A stretch of DNA of 6,315 bases, from NCBI RefSeq assembly GCF_003231495.1, contig NZ_PQWO01000053.1, positions 1 to 6,315 of the forward strand, given 5' to 3'. Each line of letters starts with the position of its first letter. Position 1 is the stretch's first letter. Below, piece after piece: positions 1 through 5,145 of this stretch. Origin of the DNA: Acaryochloris thomasi RCC1774. GTDB lineage: Bacteria; Cyanobacteriota; Cyanobacteriia; Thermosynechococcales; Thermosynechococcaceae. The translations under genes and the position numbers were made by a program. The notes below the pieces were generated by a model. The model was not told the origin of the DNA and did no database searches. It saw only the letters and a program-made list of their open reading frames with translations.

Positions 1-1
1 G

Positions 2-61
2 TTCTGCCCCTACTGTGGTCAGGCATATAAGTTACCTAAATCCAAAACTTTGAAGTCTTGA
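2..61 (+). CDS. 3' end of an unidentified CDS entering from the left edge (19 codons: FCPYCGQAYKLPKSKTLKS, then stop)
   Basis: The frame is open from the window edge to TGA at 59-61. It contains a CxxC (CPYCG) zinc-ribbon-like half-motif. Nineteen codons are too few for any family call. Confidence 0.2.
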   Translation, partial: FCPYCGQAYKLPKSKTLKS

Positions 62-103
62 ATAGACTATTAATAAAGGGTTTCAAGGTTTGAGTGAGAA
101 TAA

Positions 104-394
104 TTAGGCGTATGTCGGCATAACCCCCCATAGTTTTGCCATTTGACCCTGAGTTTTATCGCCATGTGCTTGAACGAAGGCTCGAAAACGTGGCCAATCT
201 GTAATCTTATGGCGGTTGCCTTGTTGGTAATGGGTAATGGCCCGACAGTCGCCTGTTGCCTGCTCTCGCTTGAGCCACAGATCTAGGGTATTGCGACTGA
301 TGTGCAGCGTTTTACATACCGCCGTTTTACGCTCACCGCGCTTGACTGCATCAATGGCCTTGCGGCGAAGATCATAACTGTAGGGGGCTGACAT
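104..394 (-). CDS. IS630-family transposase, N-terminal helix-turn-helix portion only (96 aa); probably a non-functional truncated copy
   Basis: MSAPYSYDLRRKAIDAVKRGERKTAVCKTLHISRNTLDLWLKREQATGDCRAITHYQQGNRHKITD...KTQGQMAKLWG matches the N-termini of cyanobacterial IS630/ISY100-type transposases as I recall them (MPAPYSYDLRQKxIDAVxxGxxK...SRNTLDLWLKR). Similarity stops after LWG (about aa 90), and the last 6 aa plus the stop look unrelated. Confidence 0.85.
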   Translation of the reverse strand: MSAPYSYDLRRKAIDAVKRGERKTAVCKTLHISRNTLDLWLKREQATGDCRAITHYQQGNRHKITDWPRFRAFVQAHGDKTQGQMAKLWGVMPTYA

Positions 395-450
395 AAGGAT
401 TACTTGACGCTCTCTACCTATGTCCTATCACAAATCTGTAGCGCTATAAG

Positions 451-470
451 CGTTGCTATCTGGGAAGATC
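451..470. repeat. Terminal inverted repeat of the IS630 fragment (related to the MITE termini at 2610-2641 and 2866-2897)
   Basis: cgttgctatCTgggaagATc+TA here aligns with cgttgctatgggaaggcc+TA at 2880-2899. The shared blocks are cgttgctat, gggaag and c+TA, with a 2-nt indel. Confidence 0.6.
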
Positions 471-582
471 TACCTGAGTAGCGACAATCGATTCCATAAT
501 GACAATTGCTGTAGAATTTACTTGAAGCTCGTAAAGGTTTCCCTGCTTCATAGACCCGCTAGCGAGAATAAGACTTAAGAAT

Positions 583-798
583 ATGGCAATAGATCAACTC
601 AAAGCATTTTTAAAGAAAATGCAGTCTGAACCTGCACTTAAAAATGAGGTGCAAGCAGCATCAACGGCTGATGATGTTGCGCGAATAGCACTAAAGCTTG
701 GTTTTGAATTTTCTGGTGATGAATTATTGAGAATGTCAGGCCAGAAAGTTGGCAGGGTTACTGTTACAAAAATAGATACCCCTGGAGAGTACAACTAA
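583..798 (+). CDS. Nif11-domain / Nif11-like leader peptide family protein (possible RiPP precursor), 71 aa
   Basis: Residues 1-50 (MAIDQLKAFLKKMQSEPALKNEVQAASTADDVARIALKLGFEFSGDELLR) fit the Nif11-leader pattern (xxEQLKAFLxKvxxDxxLqxxLkAAxxxxxvvxIAKxxGFxxxxxEL). A short 21-aa tail follows. The antisense ORF at 594-794 is low-complexity and is rejected. Confidence 0.85.
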   Translation: MAIDQLKAFLKKMQSEPALKNEVQAASTADDVARIALKLGFEFSGDELLRMSGQKVGRVTVTKIDTPGEYN

Positions 799-1026
799 AG
801 GGAGTGTCGCAAAAACTGGGTGCGATCAGTAGTGGCTGTAATCTAGAAAGTCTGTTCTCTGTAACGCTCTGCCGATACGAACCCTGCTAAACCGTTCAAG
901 TAACATTGGTAGCACTCACAACGATCTTGATCCCAAACCAGGAGAGATCGCAACTCTGGGCACTCTGAGATCAGCCTTTCTTCTCTTCAGCCTATGCCCA
1001 ATCTCAGCAAAACCGCAGAACTTAAA

Positions 1027-1034
1027 GCGATCGC
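1027..1034. repeat. HIP1 octamer GCGATCGC
   Basis: Exact palindromic octamer read directly from the sequence. HIP1 is the highly iterated palindrome typical of many cyanobacterial genomes. Confidence 0.9.
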
Positions 1035-1246
1035 AACTGCCACCATGCAGCAGGCGATCTATGCTGAAGCTCCTGTGACAGTGTTGATGCTCCTATAAAT
1101 GTCAAGGCGCGTTCAAATTCTGCTAGATGCCTGCAATGATTGGAAAGACAGTCGCTTCAGGAGGTTGAATGTGGAGAGTGATCAAAAGCAGGGGAATCAA
1201 GCCGCCACGGGTATTTCCTCGTAAACCACTATCTCAAAATTGACGA

Positions 1247-2278
1247 CTAACTATCTTCGCTGCCTGCACCCATTAAGCTAGCAACTAGCTGAGTTTGAGA
1301 AAAGGGTTCGAGGAGAAGCTTCTTAACCATGATAGTAAGTGGCAAAGCAAGAAAAGCACCAATCGGGCCTAATATCCATGCCCAGATAATGACAGCAAGG
1401 AAAGTGACTAGAATCGATAGGTCTAATCCCTTCGATAGGTATCGAGGCGCAACGACCATATCGAAGAAGTTGTTGATAACGATATAAGCGACGGCAAAGA
1501 ACAAGGCTTTTAGCCACCCAAGCTCAATAATGGCAATTAGCAGCGGCGGGGCAAGTGCAATGTAGAAACCAATGTTCGGGATAAAATTAAAGGCGAATGA
1601 GAGCACTCCCCATAGCACGGCGAAATCTAAACCTAACAACCCCATCAACAGCATCTGAACAAGTGCGGTCAAAGCCCCTAGCCAACCTTTAATCATTAAG
1701 TATGAACTGGTACTTTGGGCGAACTCTTCAAACCGTTGTAATGCTGATGGGTTATTTTCAAGCCCCTTTTTAAGCTGGGTGGAAAAGCTAGGAGCCGTTG
1801 CCAGCATGTAAACAAATATCAGCAATGTCAGTCCAGTGTTAGAGAGTGTCCCGAGTACCGTAGTTGTTAGAGATAGTGAAAACTGAATTAGTTGTTCGGG
1901 TTGCAGCCAACTCAATGCTTGAATGTCGTCAATGGTCACGCCTTGTTCAGTGAGTCTTTGCCATAGACCATTAATCTGCGTTTCAATCTGATTTCCATAA
2001 GCAGGCAGATATGTCACTAGCTCATTAACAGAGGTAACCAAAAAGAGAACAATAGAGACACCGATAGCAACGACGCTCAGCAAAACTAGCATGTAGGCCA
2101 GCCATTGAGGTAATCCTCGTCCTTTAAGCCATGCAAAGATAGGATAGGTGACCAGGACTAAAAACAAGGAAAGCAGGATTGGTGTTAGCAGACTGGCCAT
2201 TGTTTTCAGTCCGGCAACAATGAGAACAACACTAGCAAGGCTCACTAATAGAGAGACGATGGCTGATTGTGTTTTCAT
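1247..2278 (-). CDS. AI-2E family transporter (PerM/YdiK/TqsA-like, UPF0118 permease), 343 aa
   Basis: A polytopic membrane protein with about 8 hydrophobic segments. It has the family-typical core ...DFAVLWGVLSFAFNFIPNIGFYIALAPPLLIAIIELGW... and the C-terminal ILGPIGAFLALPLT motif. The ORF is complete, ATG to TAG. Confidence 0.9.
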   Translation of the reverse strand: MKTQSAIVSLLVSLASVVLIVAGLKTMASLLTPILLSLFLVLVTYPIFAWLKGRGLPQWLAYMLVLLSVVAIGVSIVLFLVTSVNELVTYLPAYGNQIETQINGLWQRLTEQGVTIDDIQALSWLQPEQLIQFSLSLTTTVLGTLSNTGLTLLIFVYMLATAPSFSTQLKKGLENNPSALQRFEEFAQSTSSYLMIKGWLGALTALVQMLLMGLLGLDFAVLWGVLSFAFNFIPNIGFYIALAPPLLIAIIELGWLKALFFAVAYIVINNFFDMVVAPRYLSKGLDLSILVTFLAVIIWAWILGPIGAFLALPLTIMVKKLLLEPFSQTQLVASLMGAGSEDS

Positions 2279-2524
2279 GCTATTGATCTCTGAGGGTTAC
2301 TACCCGAAGCTACTTATCGCTGATAGGCAGTGCCATTGTCTCATTCAGCGTTACGCTCGTCAGTCGAAGAAATCAGTCTGTTGAAGGGTAGTCGTACTAA
2401 TGCTTTATTACCTTTGGTATAAGTACCAATAAACCATCAGGAATGCACTCTAATTCAGCACTATCGCTGAGCACAATCAATCGGCGTCGGCTAGCGCAAA
2501 GACTGAGCCAGGAGCAAACTACCA

Positions 2525-2532
2525 GCGATCGC
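2525..2532. repeat. HIP1 octamer GCGATCGC
   Basis: Exact octamer read directly from the sequence. Confidence 0.9.
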
Positions 2533-2609
2533 AACACCGCAGCCTTCCAACAGCCAATACTTCCGTTCATCGAGCGATCACAATGGAAATCCCAAGAAAA
2601 CCTGTGGTA

Positions 2610-2641
2610 GGCCTTCCCATAGCAATAGAACCATACGGAGG
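2610..2641. repeat. Left terminal inverted repeat of the MITE
   Basis: ggccttcccatagcaatagaaccatacggagg. The reverse complement of 2866-2897 is ggccttcccatagcaacggtaccaaatggcgg. Confidence 0.7.
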
Positions 2642-2865
2642 TTAGAAGAAGAACTTTTCCATTTACGATATCTGGAATGATTTTTGTTAACGCCTTCAAA
2701 ACCCTGATTTACAAAGATTTCAGGGATTAACTATTCCATTAATAGGTCAAGATGGGACAGTGAAGGAACCTCAGAGATTTCCGTTTCTAGAGTCAGATCA
2801 TATAAAAGTCTAGAATCTCGAAATGTCTGTGAATAGAGGCTTTCAAGATTTTATCTTGTGCCTAA

Positions 2866-2897
2866 CCGCCATTTGGTACCGTTGCTATGGGAAGGCC
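2866..2897. repeat. Right terminal inverted repeat of the MITE
   Basis: ccgccatttggtaccgttgctatgggaaggcc, an inverted copy of 2610-2641 (26/32, with the outer 16 identical). Confidence 0.7.
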
Positions 2898-3097
2898 TAC
2901 AAGAGCGATGCCCAGCGGATGAGGGCAGAAAACGCCCAAGCCAGACTCGCGGCCAAGCGGAAAGCAGAGCGCGATCAGCAGATGAGAGATGCGATCTCAC
3001 GGGTTCCTGTGAAGCACAGGATTTAGAATAGCTTACGTGAACTGAGTATTACTAAACTCTCGACCGATATTGTAAGCGTCGGATAAAACGGCTAAAT

Positions 3098-4315
3098 TTA
3101 ATTGTTCGGGTCAACTTCTAGGCGCAAAAGCTGACCCGAATTAGCATCAGTTAGCACATATAGATACCCATCTGGCCCTTGGCGGACATCACGCACCCGC
3201 TGGCCAATCCTGATTTGGGACTCCGCTGTCACGCTCCCTGACGCATCTAGCTCGAGCTTCCGAATGCTACGGGAGACAAGTCCGCCAGCAAATAAATTGC
3301 CGCGCCACTGCGGAATCCGATCTCCCGTATAAATAGCTAACCCCGAGGGCGCAATGGAAGGGGTCCATACGCGCTTTGGATCTACCATCTCAGGGCCAGT
3401 GGTTGCCGGGGCGACGGCGCGATTACTGGTGTACTCCTGGCTGAAAGAAACAACGGGCCAACCATAGTTTTTGCCGGATTGCACCCAGTTCAGTTCATCG
3501 CCGCCGCGTGAGCCATGTTCGGTCGACCAAACTCTTTTTCGCATTGGATCATAGGTCAGCCCCTGGATATTGCGATGGCCATAACTCCAGACAGCAGGCG
3601 CGGCTCCCTCGGTGGACACAAAGGGATTATCCACTGGAATGGTGCCATCATCTTTGATGCGAATTACTTTACCAAGATGGCTAGCGCGGTTTTGGGCTTG
3701 TTTACGGATTAGAGCACCATCAAACTTCACGGGCGGATTGCCACCATCACCAATGGAAATCAATAGGGTTTCGTCCGGCAGCCAAGTCAGGCGCGAACCG
3801 AAGTGCTGACCACCACGCTTGGTTTGGGCAACCTCGAATATCACTTGCCAACTATCAAGCTGCTTACCGTCAAACTTAGCGCGGGCGACACGGGTCCGGT
3901 TGGCGTTGCGGGTGCCGTGGGAGTAGGTGAAATAGACCCAGCGATTGTCGGCAAAGCGGGGATGGATAGCAATATCCAGCAGCCCACCCTGTTGGGTAGC
4001 AAATATTTGTTGCGCGGCGATGGTGGAAACGGTTGTCACGCCTTTGATCGGCTTGGGGTCGAGCTTGCCATTTTTAACGAGGCGTAGCCGACCAGAACGC
4101 TCGGTGATTAATATTTGATCATCCGGTAACCAGGCCATACCCCAAGGATGCTCCAGACCTGTAACGATCGGCACGAGTTTGACCGCAGCAATCGATAGCT
4201 GATCGGCCTTGGGACTCAAGCGGTCACTGGGAACGGGGATCGCTTGAGCACAGCCCAGAATTGCTCCAACCCCGAAAAGTAGGCCAGTAACCTTAGCAAT
4301 GGAGCGAGTTCGCAT
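3098..4315 (-). CDS. PQQ-dependent sugar dehydrogenase (soluble glucose/sorbosone dehydrogenase family, YliI-like beta-propeller), secreted or lipoprotein, 405 aa
   Basis: Family motifs were read by eye: HPWGMAWLPDDQILITERSGRLRLV, GGLLDIAIHPRF, HFGSRLTWLPDETLLISIGDGG, HLGKVIRIKDDGTIPVDNPF, VWSYGHRNIQGLTYDP and WSTEHGSRGGDELNWVQSGKNYGWP. The N-terminal signal peptide MRTRSIAKVTGLLFGVGAILGCAQA has both a lipobox-like ILGC and an AQA signal peptidase I site. Confidence 0.9.
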   Translation of the reverse strand: MRTRSIAKVTGLLFGVGAILGCAQAIPVPSDRLSPKADQLSIAAVKLVPIVTGLEHPWGMAWLPDDQILITERSGRLRLVKNGKLDPKPIKGVTTVSTIAAQQIFATQQGGLLDIAIHPRFADNRWVYFTYSHGTRNANRTRVARAKFDGKQLDSWQVIFEVAQTKRGGQHFGSRLTWLPDETLLISIGDGGNPPVKFDGALIRKQAQNRASHLGKVIRIKDDGTIPVDNPFVSTEGAAPAVWSYGHRNIQGLTYDPMRKRVWSTEHGSRGGDELNWVQSGKNYGWPVVSFSQEYTSNRAVAPATTGPEMVDPKRVWTPSIAPSGLAIYTGDRIPQWRGNLFAGGLVSRSIRKLELDASGSVTAESQIRIGQRVRDVRQGPDGYLYVLTDANSGQLLRLEVDPNN

Positions 4316-4390
4316 GGGCTATAGCCGAATTAAGGGTTCATTTTTGACCAATTGCTCCGAGTGTAACAAGGAGGGGGAATTGAAGAGCGG

Positions 4391-4885
4391 GTGGAGGAGC
4401 TAGCACTGCTGCAGTCTGTGGACATGCACTCGATCAAGGCAGCGGAGAAGTTGCGATCGCAGAACTCAGTCTGTAGTGCAATTCAGGTTTCCATTGGCAC
4501 TGGACGACATAATCCCAATGAGGAGTATTTCTCGCAGTCGGCCTTAGCGAAGTTCGCGGTGCCGACTGCTGACACGCGCAAGCTGATCAATGCGGCAGGG
4601 CAAGCACTCCGGCGAATCTACAGGAAAGGGCCACACTATGCCAAAGCGGGGGTGATGCTGCTGGATATCTCCCAGGCCAACACGATGCAGGGACATCTCT
4701 TTCAAGAGAGGAACAGCGAGAAGGCGATCACGCTCATGAATACGGTCGATCAGCTCAATCGTCTGTATGGCCGCAGGGCGGTCTTCTTTGCTAGCGAGGG
4801 TTGCGATCAGCAGTGGGCGATGAAGCGGCAGCGGATGACGCAGGCGTATACGACGCGGTGGGAGGATTTGCCGGTGGTGAGATAG
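4391..4885 (+). pseudogene. umuC: umuC remnant: C-terminal ~160 aa of a Y-family (Pol V-type) DNA polymerase (little-finger and DUF4113 region), lacking the catalytic N-terminal ~260 aa
   Basis: AAEKLRSQ..., HYAKAGVMLLD and the C-terminal QQWAMKRQRMTQAYTTRWEDLPVVR align with E. coli UmuC as I recall it (AAEKLRSE..., YQKAGVMLGD, QQQWQMKRAMLSPRYTTRSSDLLRVK). The frame is open only from 4367 (stop at 4364-4366). The divergent dehydrogenase gene starts at 4315, so there is no room for the palm and fingers domains. Confidence 0.8.
4453..4460. repeat. HIP1 octamer GCGATCGC
   Basis: Exact octamer read directly from the sequence. Confidence 0.9.
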
Positions 4886-5145
4886 ACATTACCACTCTCC
4901 TCTCAGGACAACACAAACAGTAGTTAAGCTCTGCGGCAAGATTGCATAACTAATCGATATCTAGAAATAGATCTATCCAAATCAATTCATCAACAATGTT
5001 GCCCATTGATACTCCAATCATCACTAATTTTAGAAAAGGCGATAAATACCCCTACTCATTCATTTTTCACTCATCAATATCAATACAAACGGATTTAGAG
5101 CAACTATAATAATTCCTCCATATAAAGTATAGAGATAGATTCGAT

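Larger units (their letters stand above)
104..470 (-). mobile_element. IS630-family (ISY100-like, Tc1/mariner superfamily) insertion sequence, 5' fragment only
   Basis: It carries the transposase N-terminus (104-394). A 76-bp leader follows, ending in the terminal repeat cgttgctatctgggaagatc (451-470) directly abutting TA (471-472), the IS630 target dinucleotide. The DDE-domain portion is absent: no frame of the - strand at 1-103 continues the transposase. Confidence 0.7.
2610..2897. mobile_element. MITE-like non-autonomous element (288 bp), IS630/Tc1-mariner type, flanked by a TA target-site duplication (2608-2609 and 2898-2899)
   Basis: The terminal inverted repeats match 16/16 at the tips (GGCCTTCCCATAGCAA) and 26/32 overall. 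The interior is AT-rich and non-coding. Both flanks are TA. The tips resemble the end of the IS630 fragment at 451-470. Confidence 0.6.
2443..3026 (+). pseudogene. 97-codon hypothetical ORF split by a MITE insertion (left part 2443-2609, right part 2898/2900-3026)
   Basis: The left piece (55 codons, MHSNSALSLSTINRRRLAQRLSQEQTTSDRNTAAFQQPILPFIERSQWKSQENLW) ends at TAG 2608-2610, formed by the TA duplication plus the first base of the element. Deleting 2610-2899 (element plus one TA) joins ...CTG TGG TA|C AAG AGC... in the same frame as YKSDAQRMRAENAQARLAAKRKAERDQQMRDAISRVPVKHRI. I recognise no family. Confidence 0.45.

Noticed and set aside
59-93. Similarity between 59-93 (tgaataga...gggtttcaaggtttg) and the MITE interior at 2830-2852 (tgaatagaggctttcaagatttt)
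   Set aside because: It comprises an 8-mer plus a 12/15 block, and these align only after allowing a 12-nt gap. My rough estimate is that such a match is expected by chance about once in five windows of this size, and more often in AT-rich DNA. It is also in the wrong orientation and position to be the missing end of the IS630 fragment.
121-133. TIR-like 'cccatag' strings at 124-133 and again at about 1607-1616
   Set aside because: Both lie inside coding sequence, where the reverse complement ctatggg simply encodes Leu-Trp-Gly (KLWG in the transposase, VLWG in the permease). Neither has an adjacent TA junction or an extended match.
594-794. 66-aa ORF antisense to the Nif11-type gene
   Set aside because: It overlaps the clearly recognisable Nif11 frame completely. 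Its product is Ser/Ala/Phe-rich with no motif, typical of a shadow ORF.
1105-1125. tRNA T-loop-like GTTCAAAT
   Set aside because: The flanking 5-nt segments (gcgcg and tctgc) cannot pair to form a T-stem, and no acceptor or anticodon arms could be built around it.
1159-1243. Perfect AGGAGG followed by a 24-codon ORF (MWRVIKSRGIKPPRVFPRKPLSQN)
   Set aside because: The SD-to-ATG spacing is only 4 nt and the peptide is short, basic and featureless. It is kept only as a note within the intergenic-region finding.
1323-1517. 64-aa ORF in an alternative - strand frame inside the AI-2E permease gene
   Set aside because: It is nested within a confidently called 343-aa CDS, and its Arg/Cys/Tyr-rich product looks non-biological.
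1247-2278. AI-2E permease as a dedicated exporter for the neighbouring Nif11-type peptide
   Set aside because: The genes are convergent and 448 bp apart. As far as I know, the AI-2E family is not used for RiPP export, which typically relies on C39-peptidase ABC transporters. The adjacency is probably coincidental.
2148-2384. 78-aa + strand ORF overlapping the 5' end of the permease gene
   Set aside because: It is antisense to the permease N-terminus and has no recognisable motif. It is probably a shadow ORF.
2397-2699. 100-aa - strand ORF
   Set aside because: Its start codon and first ~30 codons lie inside the MITE, and it reads out through the left TIR. Its product is Cys/Trp/Leu-rich. It is the direct antisense of the more plausible + strand frame.
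2823-3026. 67-aa + strand ORF taken as an independent gene
   Set aside because: Its ATG and first 25 codons are MITE sequence. Only the last 42 codons appear to be native coding sequence, namely the 3' part of the split 97-codon ORF.
3515-4087. Three + strand ORFs (3515-3712, 3612-3809, 3803-4087)
   Set aside because: All are antisense to, and nested in, the high-GC sugar dehydrogenase CDS. Such open antisense frames are expected in GC-rich coding DNA.
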